NCBI GenBank assembly: GCA_963826525.1
Contig: CAWGXH010000004.1
Span: 1,408,001-1,472,000, forward strand
Direction of reading: 5' to 3'
From: an uncultured Methanomicrobiaceae archaeon
GTDB taxonomy: Archaea > Halobacteriota > Methanomicrobia > Methanomicrobiales > Methanoculleaceae
DNA: 64,000 nt
Shown: one piece after another, positions 21,674 to 35,404 of the stretch
How the letters are laid out: each line of letters begins with the position of its first letter
Numbering within the stretch: position 1 is the first letter of the stretch
Notes under the pieces: model-generated
The model's database searches: none
What the model saw: only the letters and a program-made list of their open reading frames with translations
What the model was told of the DNA's origin: nothing
Position numbers and translations under genes: made by a program

Positions 21674-21744
21674 ATGACATTTCTTGGGTCTAAGCATGCG
21701 GTTGCTAAACAAAACGTAGAATTGCCGATGTCAACGGATATCTA

Positions 21745-21817
21745 GGGCTCATAGCTCAGTTGGAAGAGCGCGGCGTTTGCAACGCCGAGGCCGGGGGTTC
21801 AAATCCCCCTGAGTCCA
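21745..21817 (+). tRNA. tRNA-Ala(TGC)
   Basis: GGGCTCA/TGAGTCC acceptor with G3-U70, anticodon loop TT TGC AA, GTTCAAATC; in the 16S-23S spacer. Confidence 0.97.
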
Positions 21818-21890
21818 CTGTCAATGCACCCGGGAATGTGAGTCCCCGGGGAAGGGCTGAAGGTCTTTTGACCTGACGAAGCCGTGTATA

Positions 21891-21919
21891 GGTGTGTACT
21901 CTGGACGTTAAATGAGTTC
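21891..21919 (+). other. 5' arm of the 23S processing stem with canonical bulge-helix-bulge, pairs with 24843-24871
   Basis: CTGGA-CGTT-AAA-TGAGTTC pairs with GAACTCA-GACG-AAA-TCCAG: 4-bp helix with two 3-nt bulges. Confidence 0.85.
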
Positions 21920-21926
21920 AGCGGAA

Positions 21927-24836
<2,910 letters not shown>

Positions 24837-24937
24837 TCCGCCGAACTCAGACGAAATCCAGAGTGCACACCAAACCGTTCAGCAGACAAAGGGTTTATAC
24901 CCGATGAACGCATGAACCTACCAAATACACACGGCTT

Positions 24938-25009
24938 GCCAAGGTGGCGGAGCGGCTACGCGGTTGACTGCAGATCAGCTACACCCCGGTTCAAGTCCGG
25001 GCCTTGGCT
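24938..25009 (+). tRNA. tRNA-Cys(GCA)
   Basis: GCCAAGG/CCTTGGC acceptor, U discriminator, anticodon loop CT GCA GA, GGTTCAAGTCC. Confidence 0.96.
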
Positions 25010-25011
25010 TT

Positions 25012-25138
25012 GGTAATAGCGGCCATAGCAGTGGGGAAACACCTGGACCCATTCCGAACCCAGCAGTGAAGCCCACTCACGTATCATGTTGTACTGAGGT
25101 ACGCGAGTCCTCGGGAAGCATGATTCGCTGCTATTACC
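25012..25138 (+). rRNA. rrf: 5S rRNA (ends approximate)
   Basis: GGTAATAGCGGC/GCTGCTATTACC terminal helix; CCCATTCCGAACCC. Confidence 0.96.
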
Positions 25139-25338
25139 TTCCTCTATCTTAGCACACGAATCACTTCTTCGCAACGTTTCTTTCCAGAGACACACCGCAC
25201 ACTTCTGCTTCCAACTATTCATCACAGAGCGTTAAGCCTTACGAAAAAGTATGGAACCTATTTCTCTTCTGCACTCATGCAACCCCGCGGATCAATTCCC
25301 GGGAGTGAGTCCGGTTGCCTCCCGGCCGATGCCGTCCC

Positions 25339-25773
25339 TTATCGCGTATACTGTGCCATAACGCCTTTTTCCATCTGGAACTGTTCGTACATCTCGTAGC
25401 GATCCACCTGCGAGAGCAGATCCGCCGCCCGCTTCAGAAGAAGATCCTCCTCTCCGTTGAAGTGGTCTTCGATGCTGCTTCGCAGCTCGCTGAGGTGCCG
25501 TGTCCACATCTCATTATCGAACGACGCCGTATCCAGTGTCCCGAGCAGGCGGCGCATTTGGTTATGCTCCTCGATCGAACGCTCGATAGTCTCCGGTATA
25601 TCCGTAAGGAGGCGCTGGTAGATCGTTGCCTCCTCCGCATGCATATGCATCTGGAGTTCCCGTTTCAACGTCACATATCGGATATCCCGTACATCGGGAT
25701 GGTTCTCCAGATCATCAAGCAGTCTTCGGATGAGTGAGTGATCTTCCCGTATCATTTCAATAACATCTGCCAT
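25339..25773 (-). CDS. hemerythrin/HHE cation-binding domain protein
   Basis: IREDH, HMHAEE, EEH, HFNGEE. Confidence 0.85.
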   Translation of the reverse strand: MADVIEMIREDHSLIRRLLDDLENHPDVRDIRYVTLKRELQMHMHAEEATIYQRLLTDIPETIERSIEEHNQMRRLLGTLDTASFDNEMWTRHLSELRSSIEDHFNGEEDLLLKRAADLLSQVDRYEMYEQFQMEKGVMAQYTR

Positions 25774-25872
25774 GATTCTCTCCACCGGTATCGGCGGACA
25801 AAAGAGCATGTACAGGTATGTAAGGATTTCGCCGTCGGCACCGGAGTGCCGGATGCCGCTCGTCCTGCGACG

Positions 25873-26318
25873 TTACCCGTCCCGTCCCGAAGCCATCCTG
25901 ATCATCGCCCGTTTCGCCCGCTCGAAGTGATCTCCCATCTCGAACAGTTCCGCCTTCCCGATACCCGTAGCGCTCCTTCGAGGTTCGCCCCTTCACCACC
26001 GATATGGCGGTGCACGGCCTGCCGCAGCTCCACCAGATCCACAAGCCACGCCCCCTGTTCTATCGGAGTTCTGTCGAGCCGGCCGAAGATCTTCCGAAAA
26101 GAGTTATGCTCCTCGTTCGACGCTGCGATCCGCTCGTGCATCCTCCGCTCCATCCGCCGGTACAGCGTCGCCTCTTCACCGTGCATGTGGCCCTGCAGTT
26201 CATGCTTCATCGTCTTGCAGTCACACCTGCACCGGTCATCCCGTTCCTCGAGTGCCTTGAGCAGCTGCAGCACCAGGGCGTGGTCATGACGGATCATGTC
26301 GACGATATGCAGATTCAT
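25873..26318 (-). CDS. hemerythrin/HHE domain paralog (frameshift near 25960)
   Basis: IRHDH, HMHGEE, EEH, HIGGE; shifted frame AELFEMGDHFERAK aligns with the neighbour's C-terminus. Confidence 0.75.
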
Positions 26319-26536
26319 ACCGATACCTTACCTGCGGGTGTATGACGATCGCAGGGAGAATAAAGTATCCGTGCTCTCTTTTTCGTTCCCACGGCCGGGC
26401 TACTGCCATCGACGGTTCCCCCCTCCGGAGTGCCATGTCCCGTACCTGCAGACGATATGCTCGCTTCCCCGGGGAATGCAAGATCGGGGGCTCCTGACTG
26501 ATATACATAAATGGGGGCTGTACCTATTCTGTTGCT

Positions 26537-27842
26537 ATGCAGGAGAAACGGCCGGAGATACTGCGGACGAAGGTGCCTCTCCGGCGGGAGCTCGGCCTTG
26601 TCGCGATCACCCTCTCCGGAGTCGGGATCATCCTCGGGGCAGGGATCTATGCGCTCCTCGGAGAGGCGACCGCGCTTGCCGGAAACGCCGTCTGGCTGAC
26701 ATTTGCGATCTCGGCGCTGATAGCCGGTTTCACCGCCCTCAGTTATGCCGAGCTCTCCTCGATGTATCCGCGGGCAAGCGCCGAGTACCGAGTACGTCTC
26801 GAACGCAATCGGCAGGAGAGTCGCCTTCGTCATCGGGTGGCTGATCATCCTCTCCGGCATCTTCGGTGTCGCAACCGTCTCGCTCGGGTTCGGGGGATAC
26901 TTCTCCGATCTCGTGGGCGTCCCTCTTCTCGCATCGGCAGTCGCTCTCGTCCTGGTTCTCTCGGCGATTCTTCTGTACGGCATCCGCGAGACGGCCACGG
27001 TCGCCATCATCCTGACGCTCATCGAGGCCGCCGGCATCGTAATGATCATTCTTATCGGTCTCCCGTACCTCGGCAGCGTCGATTACCTGGAGATGCCGTT
27101 CGGTTTTTCGGGCATCTTTCAGGCATCGGCGCTCGTCTTCTTCGCATATATGGGATTTGAGGAGATGGTCAAACTCTCGGAGGAAGTACATGACCCGGAG
27201 CGCACTATCCCGCTCGCACTGATCCTGGCACTCGGGATAACGATCGTCCTCTATATTCTCGTCTCGCTCGCAGCGGTCTCCGTCGTCGGGTGGGAACATC
27301 TCTCAGCCTCCCGCGCTCCCTTTGCCGACGTGGCGTACGTAGCGCTCGGGAGTCCCGCCTTTACCATCATCTCCGTTATCGCTCTCTTTGCTACCGCCAA
27401 CACTGCTCTTCTTATGCTGGTCGCCGCATCGAGGATTACTTATGGAATGGCGGAGTCGTACTCCCTGCCCCGCCTGCTGGCACGCGTCAGCCCCAAAACC
27501 CGTACTCCCTGGGTAGCAATCCTCGCTATCATGCTCCTTTCCATCGCCTTTATCTTCGCCGGGGAGATCTCCTTTGTCGCGAACGTCACGAACTTCATGC
27601 TCTTTCTGACGTTCATCGTCATCAACGCGGCCGTCATCCTGCTGCGCCTGCGGGCTCCCGGGCTTGAACGGCCTTTCAGGACTCCGGGAACGATCGGCCG
27701 GGTGCCGGTCCTTCCCGTGCTCGGCATCATCACCAGTTTCGCGTTGCTCACGCAGCTCGAACCCGCTGTCCTGCTCATCGGCGGTGCACTGACTATACTC
27801 GGGATGCTGCTCTCGATAATCGAACTCGGGCGTGAGCCATGA
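26537..27842 (+). CDS. APC-family amino acid permease (one-base insertion near 26789)
   Basis: GIILGAGIY, SYAELSSMYP, FFAYMGFE, SRITYGMA. Confidence 0.9.
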
Positions 27843-27945
27843 TCCGGAAGTCCTATTGTCACTCTATTGATGTATTGTTGGCCTATATTTGGATATATTC
27901 TCATTCGAGAACTGATATATCTCTCTCCTGCCCATGCTTTTGTGC

Positions 27946-28820
27946 ATGAAACTTTCATCTCCACCTCGTAACGCTGGTGCGGCGCTGAGCGCGCTCGCTA
28001 TTCTTGTGATCGCTGCAACGCTCTTTGCCGGGTGTACCGGAACCGGCACCGAGCAGCAGCAGACTGCAGAACCGCAGACGATCTCGGTGACGGGATCGAC
28101 GACCGTGCTTCCCATCGCACAGGCCGCAGCGGATGCCTATATGAGCAAGGACTCCCTGGCCGACATTCAGGTCAGCGGTGGTGGGTCAGGCGTCGGTGTT
28201 CAGGCTGTCGGTGAAGGCACCGCCGATATCGGCATGTCCTCCCGCGATGTGAAGGCCGCCGAGAAAGAGAAGTACCCGAACCTTGTAGAGCAGGTCGTTG
28301 CCATCGACGGCATCGCCGTGATCGTCAACCCGAGCAACCAGGTCGCCAGCCTGACGCTCGACCAGGTGAGAGGCATCTACAACGGCACCTACACGAACTG
28401 GAATGCAGTCGGCGGCTCCGCCGGCGAGATTGTCGTCATCGGCCGTGACAGTGCTTCCGGCACCCGTGAATACTTCTCCGAATCGGTCATGCAGACGGAA
28501 GACTTCGTCCAGACACCAGCTCGAGAAGAACTCGAACGGTGCAGTGCAGCAGACCGATCGCCCAGACCCCCGGTGCCGTCGGGTATGTCGGTATCGGATA
28601 CCTTGACGCGACCGTGAAGGGTGTCCCGCTTGTGGTGAACGGCAAGACCGTGGCACCGACCCTCGAGACCGTCAAGAGCAATGAGTACCCGGTTTCCCGG
28701 TCGCTGTATATGCTCACGGTGGGCGAGCCGACCGGTCTTGCAAAGGATTACATCGACTTCATCCTCAGTGATGAAGGCCAGGCAATCGTTGAAGAGGAAG
28801 GATTCGTTCGCATCGACTGA
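27946..28820 (+). CDS. pstS: phosphate ABC transporter substrate-binding lipoprotein (insertions near 28515 and 28556)
   Basis: Lipobox LFAGC; GSTTVLP, GGGSGVG, DIGMSSR, RDSASGTR, YPVSRSLY; no pstCAB adjacent. Confidence 0.9.
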
Positions 28821-28957
28821 AGCAGCAGAGACCTGCTCACCTCCCCCTTTCTCTCTCTCGTATCTCCCCCTTTGGTTCTGTATGCCGGGTGCAGAGGCCG
28901 CACGACGATCGAAACGCCAAAATTTGCAAACTCCGGGCACCGTCCTTCCGGACGCAC

Positions 28958-30488
28958 CTATGATCCCGGCATCCGGCTCCCGGTGCCTGCCCGGTACTGC
29001 TCGATCTCGCCGTAGGCCTTCAGTTTTCTTCCTTCGAGGATGGAGACTGCTCCGTGGCCGCAGCAGATGATGCACGGCCTTTCGGAATGACGTAACGATG
29101 CATCCCGGCTGCCGACCAGCTCGAGCAGGGCTCTTCGCTCCATGCGGGCGCGGTCGCTGTCGACGTTGACCGACGTCACCAGAAAATCTGCGAGTGCATT
29201 ATACCTGCTCCGCCTCTCGTCGAGGCTGTCGAAGTTGATCAGAGTATCGCTGGTAAAGAGCAGGCCCTGCTCTCTGCAGTAGAGATAGAACAGGCCGTGG
29301 AGGTGCCCGCCGAGGCTCTCCAGAACCTCAAACTCCAGATCGCCGATAGTAACCCGGTCGAGGATCGGGAAGATCGACCGCTTCTCCTCCGACTCTGTAG
29401 GAAAGAGCACCAGATCTTCGGGCGGCCGGAACTCGGAGAAGAGGTTGATGACGGTGGTATAGACTTCTTCGAGGATGGAACTCTCGCTCCGCGAACCGTA
29501 CGCCCGGTTTGCCTCCCTGATGACCTCGATCGAGCCCGGATGCAGCAGCGACGGAGCCTGCAGGTATCCCGCCCCGCCGCAGTGGTCGGCATCCGCATGC
29601 GTGATGAAGACTCTCCCGGGCGCCCCCGTATCGCAGAGCCCGTAATGCCGCAGCATCGCTGCAATCTCCCGGTGGTAGATGCCGTAGCCGGTGTCGACCA
29701 TCACCGTCTCGTCGGGCGTCCGGAGGAGGTAGACGTTCCCACCGCAGGGCATCTGGAAACAGAAGAGATCGGTATCTCCGGTGACGGGTATCCGCTGTAC
29801 ATCGGCGTAGAAGTTTTCGCCGCGTGTGCTCTGCAGCGTCTTTCCGGTGAGAAGAATGGTCCTGAAGACTTCCGCGGGGTCGGTTCCGCGGCTCTGGAGC
29901 TCCTGGACGATGTGGTTGATGTCGTGGAGGAGCTGCAGGAGGAACTCGTCCTCCGCCTCGCCGATAAGTTCCCGAAGCTCCTGGGCGAACTTGACGTAGA
30001 AGACCGTATCGTCGAGGTGCTTTCCGGTCGTGTCGTACTCGATGATCTCGAGGCGGTATCGGGGTTTGAGCTCGATTAAGGAGGTGATTGACGACGGTGG
30101 TCTCCTCGACGTTCAGGCTCACTTTCAGCCGGTCTGGGTGTTTTCCACGATCGTCGAAGTTGATGTACGCGATGTTTGCCCGACTGGCCGTGATGTACTC
30201 GAGAAAATCAAAGAGGGCGCCGGACTGGTGCGGCAGGTAGACGTAAAACGTGAGAACCCCAAGCGTTGGAAGGGACTTCTGCAGATATCCGATGGCGTGC
30301 AGATCGTCCTTCATCGCCCGGTATATTTCCTCTGTTGTCGTCACTTCAAAGAAAACCGTGGCTGTGTCGATCCTTCGGTCGTAGTGAACCCGGTTGATAT
30401 TGCCGTCGTACTGCTTGACGATCTCGGCTGCTCTATGGAGAGCACCCGGCTTGTCAGGCATGTGAGCTATGAATGAATATCTCTTCAA
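28958..30488 (-). CDS. ACT-ACT-metallo-beta-lactamase-fold protein (insertion near 30075)
   Basis: N-terminal MPDKPGAL and LPHQSGAL ACT-like starts; VDTG, THADADH, GGH, FTSD, CGHG MBL motifs. Confidence 0.8.
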
Positions 30489-31228
30489 CCTGCCTCTCCC
30501 TCGAAATTCGTGAATGGTACGTTTGTGTTTGTTCTATTTATCTCGTAGGGGTGACAGGGTGAAGCGGAACGACTTGGGAAAGCAGATGCGGAACATTCCG
30601 CGCCTATTTCGCGGATCGGGTTCATCTCTGCCGGCCCATGCTCCACGCCGCAGCGAAAGAGGGCCGGGGTGCGGCATTCAACGCCTGAATAAGTAGAAGC
30701 AACGGGCTTTCGGCGTTACTCTGACGGGAAGCGGCCGACGGTCTGCGGCTTTGCCTGCCGGACGGCCTGTTTCGTCCGTAGGAGCGCCCGAAGTCCGGTT
30801 GCGAAAGCTACGACCAGCACGATGCAGAAGCGGACTGCCGCATCCCGGAGAACGAGGGAAACCTTTCTCGGTATAGGGTCACTCCGGTCGATCTCTCTGC
30901 GGAAAACGGTTATTTGTATCATGCGAGGAGATGCCTGCTTCTGGTATATCAACGTTGTGCGAAATGGCGGGGTGGAGCAGTCCTGCGAGTCTCGATTCCC
31001 ACACGTTTGCCCGCACCGATACGGAAAGCGAGTAGGGCCGTCCTTCCGGTCGGGTGCGGACGAGCAGGACGGAGAGGCAGTTTTAGTATAGGTCTCCCGC
31101 CCCGGTGCACGGGTCTGCAGGCGATCCCGTAGGCTGGAGAGGCGGTGTCCGTGTGAAAAGGTTTTTATGGTCGGAGAGATACTTCCTCACGTTTCGGCAG
31201 GCCCCACCGTCCCGGGAAGGCACCCTTC

Positions 31229-31729
31229 TTATCTGATTTTCTCGATGAGCCCTGACGCCCAGGTGTGGATCTCGTCCCAATTCCGGTAGTCGCCGCTTGG
31301 AGCCCGGATGAGGGTGATGATCGCCCGGTCGGGGAGTGACAGTCGGAAGGTTCCAGTCTTCCTGCGAAGAGTCCGATCTCGATCGGCTGCACAAGAAGCC
31401 TGACCTGATCCATCGAGGCTTCCGCCCGCCGGTAGCCGTCCTCGGTCTTATCGGCAACCGTCATACCGACAGCAAAGAAGGCGACCGGCATCCGGCGGAG
31501 TTCTGTCTGCCTCCGTTCGATAAAGAGTCTGTGCATCGGAGAGCCACTTGCCCATGTATATCGGGCTTCCGACGACCGCTGCCCGGTAACGGCCGAGATC
31601 GGTGACTTCCTCAACGGGCAGGAGATCGACGCTCTCCCCGCCGGAGCGGAGGGTATCGGCAATGGCACTGGCAATCTCTTTTGTGGAGCCGTACCGGGTT
31701 GCATAAGCAACCAGAATTGTATCGTCCAT
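31229..31729 (-). CDS. flavodoxin-domain (HemG-like) protein (indels near 31528 and 31345)
   Basis: ILVAYATRYGSTKEIA, VVGSPIYMGKW, FAGRL; reconstructed C-terminus GDYRNWDEIHTWA. Confidence 0.8.
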
Positions 31730-31849
31730 ACTGGTTCTCATTTTTATCCCGCAGGTATATATGCATACCTTCCGGTATCGGAGAGAGGAGCGAACCGTCA
31801 CGAATCTCCGCCCCGGGGGTATCGGTTAATGTTATTACATGCAAAACCC

Positions 31850-32515
31850 ATGTCAGGGACGATGGCAGGGAACTCTCAGGAAGCCAATACATGGTACAAC
31901 CGGGGCAGATATTTCAGCGATGCAGGAGCGTACGACCAGGCCGCCCTCTGTTTTGGCCGGGCACTGGAGTATAATCCGGGAGATGCCCGCGCCTGGCGAC
32001 GCCGGGGTTTTGCTCTCCTCAAACTACAGCGATATGAAGAGAGCGAGGCCTGCTACGACAGAGCCCTCGAGATCGACCCGGAGGACGCCGTATCCTGGCA
32101 GCGGAAGGGTTTCCTCTGCGCGAAGTTGCACCGGCCCGAAGAAGCACTGGCCTGTTCCGACCGCTCCCTCCGGCTCAACCCTGCGTCCGTCACGGCACTC
32201 CATACCAGAGGATGGGTGTTCGTTGCGGAACGGCGATACGATGAGGCCGTGGAGTGCTACGACAGGATCCTCGAGATCGATCCCGATCGGGATTTTGCCC
32301 GGCGGAACCGGGAGCAGATCCTCGCACACAAGGCGTTTCGCAAGCTCGCTGCCGATGTCAGCGAGGCGGAGAAGGTCGTCGAGATTCCCCCGTTCATTTG
32401 TGAGATCCTGAGAACCCGCGACTACGGTGGCATCGACCGGGCATATGAGGCGCTCTCTGAACTGCTCGCCGACAAAAAAACCTGTGCCTGCGCTCAGAGT
32501 GCAATGCTCCGCTGA
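31850..32515 (+). CDS. tetratricopeptide repeat protein
   Basis: Four repeats of W..RG...Y..A...DRAL..P. Confidence 0.85.
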   Translation: MSGTMAGNSQEANTWYNRGRYFSDAGAYDQAALCFGRALEYNPGDARAWRRRGFALLKLQRYEESEACYDRALEIDPEDAVSWQRKGFLCAKLHRPEEALACSDRSLRLNPASVTALHTRGWVFVAERRYDEAVECYDRILEIDPDRDFARRNREQILAHKAFRKLAADVSEAEKVVEIPPFICEILRTRDYGGIDRAYEALSELLADKKTCACAQSAMLR

Positions 32516-32743
32516 CATATCACTTATCTTCCGTTGTATTCCGGAGCATGCTATCCCGGGGGTGACCTGAGAAGTTTGCTCTCCAGGGTATCTCCCCCAC
32601 TACGAGCCCGGGTGTCGAGGGCGTCTGCACCCCCATATCATCAGAGGGCGTGAATACTCCAAAAGGGTGAGGTGCCGGCAATCATGACCGGAGCGTTCGA
32701 GAGGGCGTGAAAAAGATGAGGATGGTCTCTTCTCTGCAGCGCT

Positions 32744-34429
32744 TTACCGGTGGGCGAAGAAAGCCTCGACACCGTTCTTCCCCGCCGCATCGATACGTGC
32801 AAACCCGATGCGCTCGAACTGAACGACATTCCCTGCCTCTTTCCCTACCAGCTCTTCGCAGAACCCCGTAAGATCGCCGTCCTGCGTATGGAGGGTGCAT
32901 GGAATCTTTGCATCCGCAGGCAGCCACTGGATGATAGGCGCTTTTGCCCGGCGTGCATCCTCGAGGGAATCGCCGGCATAAGCCACTGTGGGAACGCCGT
33001 CCGACCAGTCGATGCTGATATTATAGAGGTCTTTCAAGCGCACCGTGGTCTTCCCTTCGATATCGGCTCGCGGCAGGAGCACCCGCCCGTCGCAGGTGAG
33101 CGTCCGGTATCCGCGTGCCGGATCGTTCGGGTGCAGCGGTGCCTGCGCTGTCCGGAGCGGAGCACCTGCAATCGAGACCTCGATGGGATCAGGCACGAAG
33201 AAGAACCTGTTTGCTTTCGGATCGATGACCGCTTTATTCTGGGCGTAGAGATTCTCCCACGAAAACGATATGTCGGTCTCACCGGTTCCGATATCGATCA
33301 TGGCATCCCGCACGCCCTCTGCCTGGATACCGCGCCTCGCGATCGCCCGGAGCGTCCCGAGGTGAATATCGTCCCACCCGGTATACGTCCCGGCCGCTAT
33401 CCCTTCCCGCATCCCGGAGGTAGAGAGGACGACTCCTGATATCGACATCCGGCCGTAGTGCCGGTACACCGGTGGCTTCCACCCGAAGTAGTCGAAGATA
33501 TACCGCTGCCTGCGTGTATTGGCGATATGGTCCTTACCGCGGATGACATGTGTTATACCGAGAAGATGATCGTCTATGGTCACCGAGAAGTTCATCAGCG
33601 GATAGACGGTCGCATCGATCCGCGGATGCAGCGGTGAGGCGACGATCCGGAAGATGGAGAAGTCCCGCATGGCGGGGTCAGGGTGCGTAAGGTCGGTCCT
33701 GACCCTGACCGTCACCGCGCCCTCGTAGAACTCGCCGGCAAGCATCTTCTGCCAGAGTTCCAGGTTCTCCTCGATACTCAGGTCCCTGCAGGGGCACGCC
33801 TTCCTGGCGAGTTTCAGGTCGCGGAAGACCTCCTGATCGCAGACGCAGACATACGCACCGCCGAGTTCTATCAGCTTCTCGCAGTACTCGTAGTACGTCT
33901 CGAGCCGGTCGCTCTGGTAGACGATATCGGTGATCCCAAGACCGAGCCAGTCGATATCCTCCTGAACCATCCGGTAGGCTTCGGGGTCGACCCTGCGGGG
34001 ATCGGTATCCTCGATCCGGAGAATGTATCTCCCGCCGTATCGGCGCACGTAGTAGTCGTTCAGGATCGCCGCCCGTGCATGCCCGAGGTGTAACGGTCCG
34101 CTCGGGTTCGGCGCAAACCGCATCACGACGCCGTTCTCAGCACCCTCGAGCGCGGGGAGTTCCCGTACCCGCTCATGGGTCTCGGAGAGCTCCAGAAGGA
34201 GTTCCGGAGCCAGTGCTTCGAGCCGTGCTCTCCGCTCGTCCCCGGTCATGCCCGCGACTTCGGCTATGACCTCCGCGGCGATAGGCCCCAGCTCACGTGC
34301 ACGGCTCCGGTATTCGGGATGCTTCCCGAGGACGGTTCCGATGACTGTCCCGCTCTTTGGCGTGCCGGTATGTTTTACGGCGTTCTGGAGCGCATAGACG
34401 AAGAGGAGCCGGTGGAGCTCGGTATCCAT
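32744..34429 (-). CDS. gltX: glutamyl-tRNA synthetase (archaeal)
   Basis: RFAPNPSGPLHLGH, RIEDTDP, THVIRGKDH, VQFERIGF. Confidence 0.96.
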   Translation of the reverse strand: MDTELHRLLFVYALQNAVKHTGTPKSGTVIGTVLGKHPEYRSRARELGPIAAEVIAEVAGMTGDERRARLEALAPELLLELSETHERVRELPALEGAENGVVMRFAPNPSGPLHLGHARAAILNDYYVRRYGGRYILRIEDTDPRRVDPEAYRMVQEDIDWLGLGITDIVYQSDRLETYYEYCEKLIELGGAYVCVCDQEVFRDLKLARKACPCRDLSIEENLELWQKMLAGEFYEGAVTVRVRTDLTHPDPAMRDFSIFRIVASPLHPRIDATVYPLMNFSVTIDDHLLGITHVIRGKDHIANTRRQRYIFDYFGWKPPVYRHYGRMSISGVVLSTSGMREGIAAGTYTGWDDIHLGTLRAIARRGIQAEGVRDAMIDIGTGETDISFSWENLYAQNKAVIDPKANRFFFVPDPIEVSIAGAPLRTAQAPLHPNDPARGYRTLTCDGRVLLPRADIEGKTTVRLKDLYNISIDWSDGVPTVAYAGDSLEDARRAKAPIIQWLPADAKIPCTLHTQDGDLTGFCEELVGKEAGNVVQFERIGFARIDAAGKNGVEAFFAHR

Positions 34430-34430
34430 A

Positions 34431-35393
34431 TCAGAACCCTCGAGTGATGAAGTAATCCGTAATATCTGTCAGGAGCTGTTTCTCTTCGGAGTCGGGAAGG
34501 ATGGAGAGTGCCTGTTTCGCCACGTTTGCCCGCTCGAGGGCGACGGCTCTGACCTCGTCGATGACCCCCGCCTCGCGGAGACGTGCGATAACCTCGTCGA
34601 TATCGGAGGCAGAGAGTTCCCTCCTGTACGGCGTAAGATCAAGCCCCTTCTCCCGTGCCCTGATCGCGAGCAGGGTCTGTTTCCCCTCGCGGATATCCGA
34701 TGCACGATCTTTTCCCGTCGCCTCGGCGCTTGCCAGAAGGTCGATGAGGTCGTCCTGGATCTGGAAGGCAATACCGCTGTTGATGCCCCACTGGTAGAGC
34801 GCGTCGTTCTCCACGGGGGAAGCGCCCACGAGGATCCCCCCGATGGCAGCGGATGCTCCGTAGAGCACACCCGTCTTCTTCTGCACCATCTCGAGGTACT
34901 CCGCCTCGGTCACGTCGTTGCGCTTCTCGAACGACATATCGAGGCTCTGGCCTTCACAGATCTCAGCGCAGGTTCTGCCGAGCATCCGTACCGCATGCAC
35001 CTTGGCGCGGTCGCCTGCTTCCGCCGTGATGAGGAACTCGAAGGCCTTTGCATACAGGACATCCCCTGCGAGGATCGCGGTCGGTTCGTCCCAGACCGTA
35101 TGCACCGTCGGCACTCCCCGCCGCGAGGTGTCGCCGTCCATGATATCGTCGTGGATGAGCGTGAAGGTGTGCGTCAGTTCGAGCGCGACTGCCGCAAGAA
35201 CCACATCGTCGGAGCTACCCTTCTTCACGGCATCGGCCGATAAAAGAACGACGGCCGGCCTGAGGCGTTTCCCGCCTGCAAGCAGCAGGTGGGCGCTGGC
35301 CCGGAAGAGATCGCCAAAGACGTCTCCGAAGTAGCGGTAGATCACTTTATCGACACGGTCTGCGGTTACATCAAGATACTGCGTCAGCTCCAT
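34431..35393 (-). CDS. idsA: geranylgeranyl diphosphate synthase
   Basis: GGKRLRP, LIHDDIMD, GQSLD, FQIQDD. Confidence 0.93.
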   Translation of the reverse strand: MELTQYLDVTADRVDKVIYRYFGDVFGDLFRASAHLLLAGGKRLRPAVVLLSADAVKKGSSDDVVLAAVALELTHTFTLIHDDIMDGDTSRRGVPTVHTVWDEPTAILAGDVLYAKAFEFLITAEAGDRAKVHAVRMLGRTCAEICEGQSLDMSFEKRNDVTEAEYLEMVQKKTGVLYGASAAIGGILVGASPVENDALYQWGINSGIAFQIQDDLIDLLASAEATGKDRASDIREGKQTLLAIRAREKGLDLTPYRRELSASDIDEVIARLREAGVIDEVRAVALERANVAKQALSILPDSEEKQLLTDITDYFITRGF

Positions 35394-35404
35394 GGACAAA
35401 CCTC

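Noticed and set aside
30716-30922. Small ORF with one hydrophobic stretch
   Set aside because: No family motif or clear RBS; cannot be supported from sequence alone
32616-32712. GAGGGCGT three times downstream of gltX
   Set aside because: Too short and irregularly spaced to support a function
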